Assembly (NCBI GenBank): GCA_963664875.1
Contig: OY761611.1
Location: 224,001-288,000 of the forward strand
Source of the DNA: Candidatus Kapaibacterium sp.
Lineage (GTDB): Bacteria > Bacteroidota > Ignavibacteria > Kapaibacteriales > UBA2268
DNA: 64,000 nt
Direction of reading: 5' to 3'
A program made the translations under genes and the position numbers. A model generated the notes under the pieces. It made no database searches. It saw only the letters and a list, made by a program, of their open reading frames with translations, and was not told the DNA's origin. Below, in pieces: positions 1 through 10,062 of this stretch. The first letter of the stretch is position 1. Every line of letters begins with the position of its first letter.

Positions 1-118
1 ATCTGCCACGACCAAAAGTATTTTCATTGTCTGACTTGTCAGCTCCTTTGCAGTTACCCAAGCCTCTTCCTGTCATTGGACCTTCTCCGAGAGGACCCAT
101 ATTATTTTTGTTTGGCAT
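1..118 (-). CDS. DUF5320-like small Gly/Arg-rich protein, 3' end runs off the window (not in ORF track)
   Basis: Manual translation MPNKNNMGPLGEGPMTGRGLGNCKG...FGRGR; the GPxGxGPMTGRGLGxC signature is typical of this family; GGAG RBS upstream; follows a DUF134 gene. Confidence 0.8.
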   Translation of the reverse strand, partial: MPNKNNMGPLGEGPMTGRGLGNCKGADKSDNENTFGRGR

Positions 119-129
119 ATTATACTCCG

Positions 130-570
130 TTACTCATTACTTTGACAGCATTTGCCGTGACCAAAGCCTCCGGCAAAGTTTATTAGCTTATTTGAGTTAC
201 ATTCAGGACAATTTCTGATATTGTCTTCAAAACTTATTTTAAACATATGCCCACAATCGATGCATCTGATTATATTGTTTCGGAAGTGAATATTTCCACC
301 TTCTATTATCAGCATTTTCCCGTTTATAATAAAGTCAGCTATTTTGTTTCGTGCTTTATCTATCATTCGCGTAAAAGTTGAACGGGAGATACCCATTTCG
401 TCTGCTGCATCAGCGTGCGAAAGTCCTAATTCGTCTGCAAGTCTCAGTGCTTCGTATTCGTCCAAACTTAGCATTACTTTGACTAATCCAGGCCCTTTTA
501 CTCCAATTGGTTTGAAAGCATTGAAAAGGGGTGGTGTTCCTACGATTCTATTTTTTTCTGTTCTTGGCAT
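130..570 (-). CDS. DUF134 family predicted DNA-binding protein with C-terminal zinc ribbon
   Basis: MPR...FKP.G...LSLDEYEALRLAD..GLSH..AA.EMGISRSTF HTH, then CxxC...CxxC; ATG at 570 preferred over the track start at 612. Confidence 0.85.
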   Translation of the reverse strand: MPRTEKNRIVGTPPLFNAFKPIGVKGPGLVKVMLSLDEYEALRLADELGLSHADAADEMGISRSTFTRMIDKARNKIADFIINGKMLIIEGGNIHFRNNIIRCIDCGHMFKISFEDNIRNCPECNSNKLINFAGGFGHGKCCQSNE

Positions 571-771
571 AGTTTCTACTCCAAATATAATGCACATAGG
601 TGCATAATCCAAATGTTTTTTTTACTTATTCTAAAAAATATTTATACAGTGCCGGTTTTATCAATATAAATCTAAGCTTAGCAAGCTTTTCAATGTATAT
701 TTTATTGGATTGAAAAAAATACTTTATATTGCATAATATAAAGATTATAATCAAACATACGAGGTATTTAT

Positions 772-1875
772 ATGAAATATAGTGCAATATTGTTATTACT
801 AATCTTTGCAGTATCGAATTCCTTTGCAAAGATTATCACTAAACCTTACCTTCAGGCAGGAACTTTCAAAAGTATGGTAATAATGACAGAATGTGACAAT
901 CAGGAACCTGTAACTGTGGAATTTACAGATCCGACTGGCAAAACTGAAAAAGCTTCTACTTTTTTTATCGTTGAGACTGATACTGTACCCAAAACATTTG
1001 TACATAGGATAAAATTGAAAAATCTATCTGAAAATACAAGTTACAAATACAAAGTCTTTCAAGACAATAACAAGAGCTACACAGGTGATTTCAAAACACT
1101 ATCAAGAGATAACAATGATACAGTATCATTTGCCATATTAGGAGATACAAGGTCTAATCCTAATAATGTTCCTGCAATATTTGCAAAAAAAATATTAGAG
1201 AAAAGACCCGATTTTTCTATTTATTTGGGGGATCTTTGCTATAAACCCGGATATCAATACTATAAAAACGAATTTCTAATACCCGAACAATTAGACTTAG
1301 CTTCTAAAGTGCCGTTCTATAATGCAGTTGGCAACCATGAAGATTGGAAGCAAAACACCAAAGCCTTCACTCAGTCTCCTTCTGACGGTACTGATAATTT
1401 GCCTTATTATTCTTTCGATGCAGGAGACGTGCATGTATTGGTTATGAGCACAGAAACATCACTTTCCGAAAAATCTGATCAATACAAGTTTGCTGAAGCA
1501 GACTTGAAAACAACAAAGAAAAAATGGAAAGTAGTCGCTTTTCATATACCTGCATATTGTGCCGGTGCTCATGGAGAAAACAAAGTGATGAAGAGACTTA
1601 CTACAAATTTGTTTGAAAAATATGGGGTGGATGTGATTTTTGCAGGTCATTGTCACTTTTATCAACACAATCTTGTAAATGGCTTGCATCACTTCATAAT
1701 GGCTGGCGGTGGTGCGCCTCTATATACACCAAAAGAAGCACCTTATGTATTGAAATCTGTCAAAACTCATCATTATGGGCTCGTAGAAGTTACCGGCGAT
1801 AAATTTATAGTAAGAGCATTTGATAAAAAAGATGCTTTAGTAGATGAAGTGGTTATTCAAAAGAAAAAGAAATAG
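772..1875 (+). CDS. Secreted purple acid phosphatase-like metallophosphoesterase with FN3-like N-terminal domain
   Basis: Signal peptide; GD, GDL, GNHE and GHxHxY metallophosphoesterase motifs. Confidence 0.85.
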   Translation: MKYSAILLLLIFAVSNSFAKIITKPYLQAGTFKSMVIMTECDNQEPVTVEFTDPTGKTEKASTFFIVETDTVPKTFVHRIKLKNLSENTSYKYKVFQDNNKSYTGDFKTLSRDNNDTVSFAILGDTRSNPNNVPAIFAKKILEKRPDFSIYLGDLCYKPGYQYYKNEFLIPEQLDLASKVPFYNAVGNHEDWKQNTKAFTQSPSDGTDNLPYYSFDAGDVHVLVMSTETSLSEKSDQYKFAEADLKTTKKKWKVVAFHIPAYCAGAHGENKVMKRLTTNLFEKYGVDVIFAGHCHFYQHNLVNGLHHFIMAGGGAPLYTPKEAPYVLKSVKTHHYGLVEVTGDKFIVRAFDKKDALVDEVVIQKKKK

Positions 1876-1913
1876 ACAGATTTAATCCCTCTGATATTTT
1901 TAAGAAGACCTGG

Positions 1914-2594
1914 CTAATCGAGTAAGTCAGGTCTTCTTTTTAATGTTTTTTGGTAAGCTTGCTCTTGTTGCCATTCTTTAATTAGCTTATGGTTGCCACC
2001 CAGTAGTACCTCCGGCACTTTCATACCTCTGTATTCAGCAGGTCGGGTATATTGAGGAGCTTCCAGAAGCCCATCCATATAAGAATCATCTAAGGCAGAT
2101 TCTGCATCGCCCAATACACCGGGCAGAAGACGAATGATTGAATCAACAAAGACAAGTGCAGGCAATTCGCCCCCGGAAAGAACAAAGTCTCCGATAGAAA
2201 TTTCTCTGCTTATCAGTGTATCTCTGATTCTTTGATCAATGCCTTTGTAATGTCCTGCAAGAATAATAATATTTTTGAACATTGAAAATTCGTTTGCTAT
2301 AGTCTGAGTCAAACGTTCTCCATCTGCAGTCATATATACGATTGCATCATATTCTCTTTCTGATTGCAGCTTTTCGATACATTTGAAGACGGGATCGCAC
2401 ATGATAAGCATTCCTGCTGCACCGCCATAGGGATAATCATCAACAGCCTGATATTTTCCTTCACCATAATCGTGTAGGTTGTGAGTTACAATTTCAGCAA
2501 TACCTTTTTCTTGAGCAATTTTTAATATGCTGGCATTGATAACAGAATCAAACATATAAGGAACTGCCGAAATAATATCAATCCTGTATTTCAT
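1914..2594 (-). CDS. trmD: tRNA (guanine-N1)-methyltransferase
   Basis: VDDYPYGGAAGM, GHYKGIDQR, SIGDFVLSGGE, PQYTRP motifs; start at ATG 2594 overlaps the rimM end. Confidence 0.97.
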   Translation of the reverse strand: MKYRIDIISAVPYMFDSVINASILKIAQEKGIAEIVTHNLHDYGEGKYQAVDDYPYGGAAGMLIMCDPVFKCIEKLQSEREYDAIVYMTADGERLTQTIANEFSMFKNIIILAGHYKGIDQRIRDTLISREISIGDFVLSGGELPALVFVDSIIRLLPGVLGDAESALDDSYMDGLLEAPQYTRPAEYRGMKVPEVLLGGNHKLIKEWQQEQAYQKTLKRRPDLLD

Positions 2595-3132
2595 CATCTT
2601 CATCATCCTTCTCATCGTTACCGTTCACCAAATCGAACAATCCGTCCATTGGTATGATACCTATTACCATACTTTCTTCGTCGATGAAGTCAATTACATC
2701 CTCTATCATGGGAATTGGCAATTCACCCTTTTCGGTTTGAACCAAAATCACATCGTTTGCAGGCAGTTGCCAGTAGTCTATTACCTTTCCAATTTCAGTT
2801 TCGTCGTCAACATTAACAACTATGAAATCTAAAAGTTCATCGTCGAAATATGGCTTTCTTGTATCTCTTATTATATCTTCCTGAGAGCAAAATACTCCCT
2901 GCTCTTTTAGAGTTGAAGCCAGTTCTTTGCTATTGATACCTTCAATGTCTAAAATAGCACCTTTGGAATTTTTTTTCCAGTGCTTTAGAGTGAAAGTTTT
3001 ACCAAAGTTTTCAGAAAATCCTATCTTGAGTGTAGCGCCTTTTCTGATTTTTTCGACTGCTGAGGGCACTTCGCCGACAAAAATGCTGCCCGAAGTACCT
3101 TTTGTGTTTACTATAGTTCCGATATATTTCAT
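2578..3132 (-). CDS. rimM: 16S rRNA processing protein RimM
   Basis: IGTIVNTKG N-terminus, PRC barrel with PANDV, position directly upstream of trmD. Confidence 0.88.
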   Translation of the reverse strand: MKYIGTIVNTKGTSGSIFVGEVPSAVEKIRKGATLKIGFSENFGKTFTLKHWKKNSKGAILDIEGINSKELASTLKEQGVFCSQEDIIRDTRKPYFDDELLDFIVVNVDDETEIGKVIDYWQLPANDVILVQTEKGELPIPMIEDVIDFIDEESMVIGIIPMDGLFDLVNGNDEKDDEDDEIQD

Positions 3133-3167
3133 ATTGCAAATTTACTAAAAAAAGGGGAGTTTATAGA

Positions 3168-3905
3168 TTAAAATATCATTACGTAAGCAATTCCAAAAGT
3201 GAAGTTGTTTGTATCAGATTCTTTATAAATATCTCCATTAAATGAAGTGTAGTAGCTTGTGTTGGTACTGAAAGTATATTTAACGCTGAATTCAAGGTAA
3301 GAGCCTCTTGCATTGGGATTTTGGAAATCAAATGGGAGCAAAAAACCTGCTCCGACTCCGTATGCTAAGGAAGCAGAATTATCTATAGAACTTGTAGGTG
3401 AGTCTTCTTCACTTTCAAAAAGATTATAAAACATGGAGCTAAGGTGAGACCGAGAATCCACATATAGCCAGTTGATGCCGAAAAAACCTTCAATATAAGG
3501 TTGTAAAATGCCATCATTAGTTATAAACTTAATGTTTGTCATCAGTTGGTCAAAGCCAAAAGTATAATTTTCTGTATAATCATCGTAATATATCTCAGAA
3601 AAGTCGTAAGTATGGAGATTCCAAAAGAAACCAATAGCTATATTCTGTCTGTCAATAAACCAAGCTACCGAACTTGACAATCCATGGAAAATATTATCAG
3701 TATTTGATTTGAATTTTCCGAGAGGAGAAACTTGAGAATACCCAATCCCTAAGATAACATGCCTCGAAGGTGATTCAATATACTGATTAGGTTTTTCTTG
3801 CTCTACAATTGTCTCTTTGGTTTCGTCATCCTGAAGCTCCGGATGCTGTGAATACAAATTGACAGAGATAAAAAAAGAGATAAAATATAGTAAATATTTT
3901 AACAT
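3168..3905 (-). CDS. Outer-membrane beta-barrel protein
   Basis: Signal peptide, alternating amphipathic strands, QPYIEG and YGVGAG motifs, C-terminal Phe. Confidence 0.65.
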   Translation of the reverse strand: MLKYLLYFISFFISVNLYSQHPELQDDETKETIVEQEKPNQYIESPSRHVILGIGYSQVSPLGKFKSNTDNIFHGLSSSVAWFIDRQNIAIGFFWNLHTYDFSEIYYDDYTENYTFGFDQLMTNIKFITNDGILQPYIEGFFGINWLYVDSRSHLSSMFYNLFESEEDSPTSSIDNSASLAYGVGAGFLLPFDFQNPNARGSYLEFSVKYTFSTNTSYYTSFNGDIYKESDTNNFTFGIAYVMIF

Positions 3906-4055
3906 GATAATTTCCGAATAATAATTTTTCAGTTTAAACGCAAAAAGCTCGAATTTTGTTGCAACTTCACTAATATTTGCGAAAAATCAACAATTCAAGT
4001 CTTGATGAAACGTTTGAACAATTTATTCTTACATTGTCAAACAATTTAACAAAAT

Positions 4056-7000
4056 ATGATGATAAACCCGAATGAAGCTTTTGAAGTAGAACTGTTTTAT
4101 CAGTTCCTAAAGGACGAGGAATCAGTAAGCCCGAGTTGGAGAAAATATTTTTCTGAAAACAGAGAAAGATTTGACAAATCAATCAAATATGAAAGTAATA
4201 AAGAGACCAAAAAATTTAAAGATATTGAAAAAATAGATAAAGCTTCGCAGAAAACAGAAACTGCTCCCAAAAAAGAAGTCACATTTTCGCTTAGGAGCGA
4301 CGAGGTATTGGAAGAAATGCCATCTATTCCTGCTAAAATTGCTGCAAACATGGAATCTTCACTTACAATTCCTACTGCAACTTCAGTAAGAACCATTCCG
4401 GTTAAAGCATTGGATGAAAACAGGAGAGTAATCAATAAGTATTTGGTACAAAACAAAAGAAAGAAAATATCTTTTACACATATACTTGCTTGGGCTATCG
4501 TTCGAGCCATGGTGAAATTCCCGCAGATGAATGATTCGTATGCCTTGCAGGACGGTAAGGCACACAGAGTCAAGAAAAAACACATAAACATAGGTTTGGC
4601 TGTCGATATTACAAAAAAAGACGGCTCTAGACTTTTACTTGTTCCGAATATTAAAAAAGCAGAAAGCCTGAATTTCAGAGAATTTATCGATAAATATGAT
4701 GAACTGATAGACAAAGCGAGAAATAACCGAATAAATATTGATGATTTGGAAGGGACTACTGTATCTCTGACCAATCCGGGAATGATTGGGACCACTCACT
4801 CCAATCCACGTTTGATGGTTGGGCAGGGGACTATTATCGCTACAGGTGCGATCGACTATCCGGTTGAGTTTCAGGCAGTAAAACCTGAGTTAATGACTTC
4901 TATGGCAGTGTCAAAGGTTGTCACTATTACGAATACTTATGACCACAGGATTATTCAAGGTGCAGAATCAGCTGAATATTTGGCATACATCCACAAGCTA
5001 TTAATTGGCGAGAAACATTTTTATGATCAAATATTTGCTGCACTTCAAATTCCTTTTGAACCGGTAAGATGGCAGATTGATTATGACAACAGTCAAAAGC
5101 ACAGTACTGATCCTGAGCGCGAAAAAATTGAAAAAGGTGCTCACGTTATGCAGTTGATAAATGCCTACCGAGTACGTGGACATTTGCTTTCTTCTGTCAA
5201 TCCACTCGGTTTGCAGTCTTATTATTATCCGGAATTAGATCCTGCTTATTATGGATTTTCTATTTGGGATTTGGACAGAGTCTTTCATGCTGACGACAGT
5301 TGGGATTCCAATAACAAGTCTCTTAGAGATATTATTGAGTTGCTAAGAGATTCATATTGCGGGCCAATGGCAATAGAATTTATGCACATTTCTAATCCTT
5401 TAGAAAAAAACTGGATTAAAGAAAAGAGTGAAGTTGCTAAAAACAGACTTGCTATTTCTGAAGAAGATAAATTACATGCATTTAAAAAAATTGTTCAAGC
5501 CGAAGAGTTTGAGAACTTTCTCCATACAAGATTTTTAGGGCATAAAAGATTCTCGCTCGAAGGTGGCGAATCATTGATTGTTTTAGTAGATAAATTATTC
5601 GAAAAAGCAGCTGATAATTCACCCCAGCACATTGTCTTAGGCATGGCACACAGAGGTAGATTAAATGTGCTTGTGAATAATATCGGCAAAGAAAAAGCTA
5701 AAATATTCAATGAATTTGATGACGATGTGGATATAAGTACTTACCATGGTGCAGGCGACGTTAAGTATCACCTTGGAGACAAAGGCAAATATGTTTCTCG
5801 GAAGGGTAGTGAAATTCCTGTTGTTATCTCTTCCAATCCAAGTCATCTTGAATTAGTAGATCCTGTGATTGAAGGTATGGCAAGAGCGATAGACAATGCA
5901 ATTGGAGACAAAGAGCACAAAGCCGCTATGCCGATTCTAATCCATGGCGATGCTGCTTTTGCAGGTCAGGGGCTTGTAGCAGAAACATTAAATCTCTCAA
6001 AATTAGAAGGTTACCGTACAGGTGGTACAATACATATAGTCGTAAATAATCAAATTGGTTTTACCACAAATGCAGAATCTGCCAGATCATCTGTTTACGC
6101 AACCGATATAGGTAAAACTATAATGGCACCGATTATCCATGTTAACGGGAATGATCCTGAAGCTGTTATCAAAGCTGCAGATATGGCTTTCGAATACAGG
6201 GAAAAATTTAGCGGTGACATAATAATTGATATGGTTTGCTATAGAAAATACGGCCACAACGAGGCGGACGAGCCAAGCTACACTCAGCCTTTGCTTTATA
6301 AAAAAATAAACAAGATGCGTCCGATTTCTGATATTTACGGCACTCATCTCACAAAAGAAGCTTTACTTGATGAAGAAAAGATAGTTGCAATTAAAAAAGA
6401 TGTTATCGAAGAGTTGGATGCTGCCTTTAATAAAAGGAAAACAAGAGAATACGCTACCAAAGTAGCTTTCAGAATTGCCGAAGGAACAGCAACAAGACCA
6501 TATTTTACTGCAATACAGGAAAGTGATATCAAAGAGATAACAAAAGCTCTTACAAGCTATCCTGAAGGCTTTAATGCAAATCCTAAAGTCGTTAGTCTTC
6601 TCAAAAAACGAGATAAAATGGTAAATGGAGAAAAAACCGCTATTGACTGGGCTATGGCTGAAGCTCTTGCGTTTGGAAGTATCCTAAGCGAGGGAAGGCA
6701 TATCAGATTTACAGGCCAAGATAGTCGAAGGGGGACTTTCAGCCAGCGCCATGCTGTTTTGACTGACTATGTTACAGAAGATGCCTATATCCCACTAAAT
6801 GATATTCGCAAAGATCAAGGTGTCATGAGAATTTATGACAGTCCATTGTCAGAAATGGCTGTGCTTGGTTTTGAGTATGGCTATAGTATAGTTTCTCCTG
6901 ATACTTTAACTCTTTGGGAAGCTCAATTTGGAGATTTTGCAAACAATGCTATTTCTATAGTTGACCAATTTCTTGCTTGTTCGCAGGTAAAATGGGGAGA

Positions 7001-7664
7001 ATCCGCATCTCTCGTGATGCTCTTGCCGCACTCTTATGACGGACAGGGGTCCGAACATTCAAGTGCCAGATTAGAGAGATACTTACAGCTATGTGCTCAG
7101 GAAAATATGGTAGTAGCAAATCTCACTACACCTGCACAATATTTCCATATACTTCGCAGACAAATGTTCATGGCACATAAATTGCCTTTGATTTTGATGA
7201 CACCGAAATCTATGCTCAGACACCCGTTAGCAGTATCTGAATTGAAAGAATTTACTCAAGGGGAGTTTAGGCATATTATTGATGATGAGCAAACAGATAA
7301 ATCAAAAGTCAAACGCATTTTAGTTTGTACCGGTAAGATTTACTATGAGCTATTGAAAGAAAAAACAGATAAGAAAATAGAAGATGTTGCTATTGTAAGA
7401 TTGGAACAGATTTATCCATTGCATCATGATTTGTTGAAATCAATATTAGAAACATATCCAAATGCAGAAGAATATTTCTGGGTGCAGGAAGAACCAAAAA
7501 ATATGGGTGCTTGGAATTATTTCCTTACATCCATTTTAGAGCTTGAATTTGACTTTAGATTCAAATATATTGGAAGAAAGGCAAGTGCCAGCACTGCTAC
7601 CGGTTCGTTTAAAATGCATCAGGCGGAACAAAATAGTATAATTTCTGAAGCTTTTGCAAAATAA
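4056..7664 (+). CDS. kgd: Multifunctional 2-oxoglutarate dehydrogenase with E2 catalytic domain fused to E1 (Kgd/OdhA type)
   Basis: TYDHRIIQGAES acyltransferase motif, then E1 motifs KRFSLEGGES, GMAHRGRLNVL, HGDAAFAGQG, WEAQFGDF, EHSSARLER. Confidence 0.93.
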   Translation: MMINPNEAFEVELFYQFLKDEESVSPSWRKYFSENRERFDKSIKYESNKETKKFKDIEKIDKASQKTETAPKKEVTFSLRSDEVLEEMPSIPAKIAANMESSLTIPTATSVRTIPVKALDENRRVINKYLVQNKRKKISFTHILAWAIVRAMVKFPQMNDSYALQDGKAHRVKKKHINIGLAVDITKKDGSRLLLVPNIKKAESLNFREFIDKYDELIDKARNNRINIDDLEGTTVSLTNPGMIGTTHSNPRLMVGQGTIIATGAIDYPVEFQAVKPELMTSMAVSKVVTITNTYDHRIIQGAESAEYLAYIHKLLIGEKHFYDQIFAALQIPFEPVRWQIDYDNSQKHSTDPEREKIEKGAHVMQLINAYRVRGHLLSSVNPLGLQSYYYPELDPAYYGFSIWDLDRVFHADDSWDSNNKSLRDIIELLRDSYCGPMAIEFMHISNPLEKNWIKEKSEVAKNRLAISEEDKLHAFKKIVQAEEFENFLHTRFLGHKRFSLEGGESLIVLVDKLFEKAADNSPQHIVLGMAHRGRLNVLVNNIGKEKAKIFNEFDDDVDISTYHGAGDVKYHLGDKGKYVSRKGSEIPVVISSNPSHLELVDPVIEGMARAIDNAIGDKEHKAAMPILIHGDAAFAGQGLVAETLNLSKLEGYRTGGTIHIVVNNQIGFTTNAESARSSVYATDIGKTIMAPIIHVNGNDPEAVIKAADMAFEYREKFSGDIIIDMVCYRKYGHNEADEPSYTQPLLYKKINKMRPISDIYGTHLTKEALLDEEKIVAIKKDVIEELDAAFNKRKTREYATKVAFRIAEGTATRPYFTAIQESDIKEITKALTSYPEGFNANPKVVSLLKKRDKMVNGEKTAIDWAMAEALAFGSILSEGRHIRFTGQDSRRGTFSQRHAVLTDYVTEDAYIPLNDIRKDQGVMRIYDSPLSEMAVLGFEYGYSIVSPDTLTLWEAQFGDFANNAISIVDQFLACSQVKWGESASLVMLLPHSYDGQGSEHSSARLERYLQLCAQENMVVANLTTPAQYFHILRRQMFMAHKLPLILMTPKSMLRHPLAVSELKEFTQGEFRHIIDDEQTDKSKVKRILVCTGKIYYELLKEKTDKKIEDVAIVRLEQIYPLHHDLLKSILETYPNAEEYFWVQEEPKNMGAWNYFLTSILELEFDFRFKYIGRKASASTATGSFKMHQAEQNSIISEAFAK

Positions 7665-7787
7665 AGTATCCGATAAATACGTTTTGTAAGATATGTTATA
7701 ATATTCTCATATTTGAGCTTTGTTTTAAGGTATTTTTTCCGTAAAATAAGTTAATCTGCGTGTACGAAATTAGAGACAAAAAACTAT

Positions 7788-8669
7788 ATGTCAGTTATCG
7801 AAACTTTAATAGAAACCCAAGAGTTCGCGACCTTGCCACCAGTGGCAACTAAAGTCCTGCAATTATTGGAAGATGACAATATCGATGTAAGAGATATTTC
7901 GAAAGTTATTGAGACAGATGCCTCTTTAACCTTGAAATTACTTAGAGTTGCCAATTCGCCACTCTATGCTACAAGGACAGAAGTAAATACAATCCATCAG
8001 GCTATAATAACACTTGGTCTAAACAGACTGACAAATATTGTGCTCGGAGTTTCAATCTTTTCAAAGTTTTTGATGAGTTCTCAAAAGCAGATTGCTGATT
8101 TGATGAAAAGGTTCTGGTGGCATGCTTCTTGTACCGGGATGGTTGCTAAATCTCTTTCTACTAAAATTGATAAATTTTACAAAGAAAATGAGTTCATTGG
8201 CGGATTGCTTCATGACATTGGCAAACTTGCCATGCTTCAGTTCGATCCGGTAAAGTACCAGAAAGTTGTAGAATTAGTCCAAAACGAACACATCACCGAC
8301 ATTGAAGCTGAAAATCAGGTATTTACTGTTTCTCACGATGTAGTAGGAGCTGAAATAGCAAAGCTATGGAAATTGCCGTCTGAGTTGACTGCAATTATTT
8401 CTCATCACACATTCCCGGAAAATGCCCCTAATCATAAAGAGTTAGTGGCTGCTGTTCGACTTGCTGATTCACTTTGTGAGGTTTGGGGAGCCGGATTTTA
8501 TGAAGGAATTGAGCAGCTTTCAGTTGCAGATTCTGCTCAGTGGAAGATTTTAGTTGAAAATAATCCATCAATGCAAAATCTGGATGTTGAGATATTCACA
8601 TTTGAGCTTGAAGAAGACTTTAAGAAATCTTCTATGTTTTTGAATATTCTTATAAACGAATCAAAATAG
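7788..8669 (+). CDS. HDOD domain protein
   Basis: LP..A.KVL, D..LT.KLLRVANSPLY, LLHDIGKL, WKLP motifs. Confidence 0.9.
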   Translation: MSVIETLIETQEFATLPPVATKVLQLLEDDNIDVRDISKVIETDASLTLKLLRVANSPLYATRTEVNTIHQAIITLGLNRLTNIVLGVSIFSKFLMSSQKQIADLMKRFWWHASCTGMVAKSLSTKIDKFYKENEFIGGLLHDIGKLAMLQFDPVKYQKVVELVQNEHITDIEAENQVFTVSHDVVGAEIAKLWKLPSELTAIISHHTFPENAPNHKELVAAVRLADSLCEVWGAGFYEGIEQLSVADSAQWKILVENNPSMQNLDVEIFTFELEEDFKKSSMFLNILINESK

Positions 8670-8711
8670 CTATTACATATATTTTTTATATATAGAAAGA
8701 CACAAATCAAG

Positions 8712-9647
8712 TTATGGTTTGTGTCTTTTAATATTTAATGCGGCAATATTACGTTTGATACCTTCAAGTTTGGTCCTTTTAATAGGAGATTTGGAGTATC
8801 TGTTTCTAAAATCTTCGTCAGACATCGAATAAATTGTTTCAATATCGAAATTTGTTTCTCCAAATCTTGGCTTCAATAAATCATCTTCGGTGTTGAATGT
8901 AAGCCTTTTGTTCCAAGGGCAAACATCTTGACAAATATCACAGCCGTAAGCCCAGCCATTAAGCGAATTCGCTATGTTATCAGGTATAGGTATGTCGGGT
9001 TTAGCTTCGATAGTCCAATATGCTATACAATTGTTAGAATCAACTACCTGAGGGGCTACAATGGCATCTGTCGGACAGGATTCTATGCAGGCTTTGCATT
9101 TACCACACATATTTTTTATAGTTTCATTTGAAGTGAAACTTATAGAAGTAATAATCAAACCTATAAAAAACATACTTCCGTATTTTGGGTTGATAATGTT
9201 ACCGTTTTTTCCCTGCCAGCCAAGTCCGGCTTCTATAGCCCACTGCCGGTCTAAAGTAGGGCCTGTATCAACATAAACTCTGTTTTCAGAATCAGGGTGA
9301 GTAGTTTTCAGATATAAACCAATTTGTTTTAGTTTCTTCTTTACTATATCGTGATAATCAGAACCCCAGGCATATTTTGATATTTTGGCATCTTCCGAAG
9401 TATGCTCGAAGCTTGTTTTATAGGGATACGCTAATGCGATTACAGATTTTGCTGATTCGAATATCAAAGAAATATCTTCTTTTTTGTCAAAATTTTTATC
9501 GAGATAATACATATCTGCATGGTAGCCGGAGCGAATCCAATCTCTATATCTTTCAGTTTCACTGCTAAGTTTTCTACCGTTAGCAAATCCGATATCGATA
9601 AAGCCAAGAGATTGTGCGAGAGTAATAATATCTTCTCTAATATTCAA
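8712..9647 (-). CDS. queG: Epoxyqueuosine reductase (cobalamin and FeS dependent)
   Basis: YAWGSDYH, VDTGP, AGLGWQGKN, CxxCxxCxxxCP and GCDICQDVCPWN. Confidence 0.95.
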   Translation of the reverse strand: MNIREDIITLAQSLGFIDIGFANGRKLSSETERYRDWIRSGYHADMYYLDKNFDKKEDISLIFESAKSVIALAYPYKTSFEHTSEDAKISKYAWGSDYHDIVKKKLKQIGLYLKTTHPDSENRVYVDTGPTLDRQWAIEAGLGWQGKNGNIINPKYGSMFFIGLIITSISFTSNETIKNMCGKCKACIESCPTDAIVAPQVVDSNNCIAYWTIEAKPDIPIPDNIANSLNGWAYGCDICQDVCPWNKRLTFNTEDDLLKPRFGETNFDIETIYSMSDEDFRNRYSKSPIKRTKLEGIKRNIAALNIKRHKP

Positions 9648-10062
9648 GATTCTTTCTCCATAAAGGTGTAGAATCTTTATTGGGTTTTTCTACGAAAATT
9701 CTGCCTTCTTTTTCAAAGATATCGAATTTTTTGAGAGATTTGATTCCCTGATGTGTGTTGATATTATTTCCTGACTCAAGTGAGTAAGTCCATCCGTGGA
9801 GAGGGCACATTAACTCGGTACCGGTAAGGATTCCGTTATAAATTTCAGGTTGATGTCTGTGCGGACAAATATTGGTAACGCAATAAAGATTACCATCAAT
9901 TCTGAAAATTGCAAGTTCCCAATCCGAATCCTCAGAAAATGTAATTTTTCTGCCTTTTTTTTCAACCAAGTCTTTGGAAGCAAGCACATCACAATATATT
10001 TTACCATTTATTTCGTGTGTGGGATACTGAAGTTTATCCTCATCAAAAATATTAAAGCTCAT
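9637..10062 (-). CDS. Rieske-type [2Fe-2S] ferredoxin
   Basis: CPH-X17-CPLH motif. Confidence 0.88.
   Translation of the reverse strand: MSFNIFDEDKLQYPTHEINGKIYCDVLASKDLVEKKGRKITFSEDSDWELAIFRIDGNLYCVTNICPHRHQPEIYNGILTGTELMCPLHGWTYSLESGNNINTHQGIKSLKKFDIFEKEGRIFVEKPNKDSTPLWRKNLEY

Noticed and set aside
4100-4795. 231-aa antisense ORF and the many other short shadow ORFs in the track
   Set aside because: They lie opposite or inside well-supported genes and have no recognisable motifs
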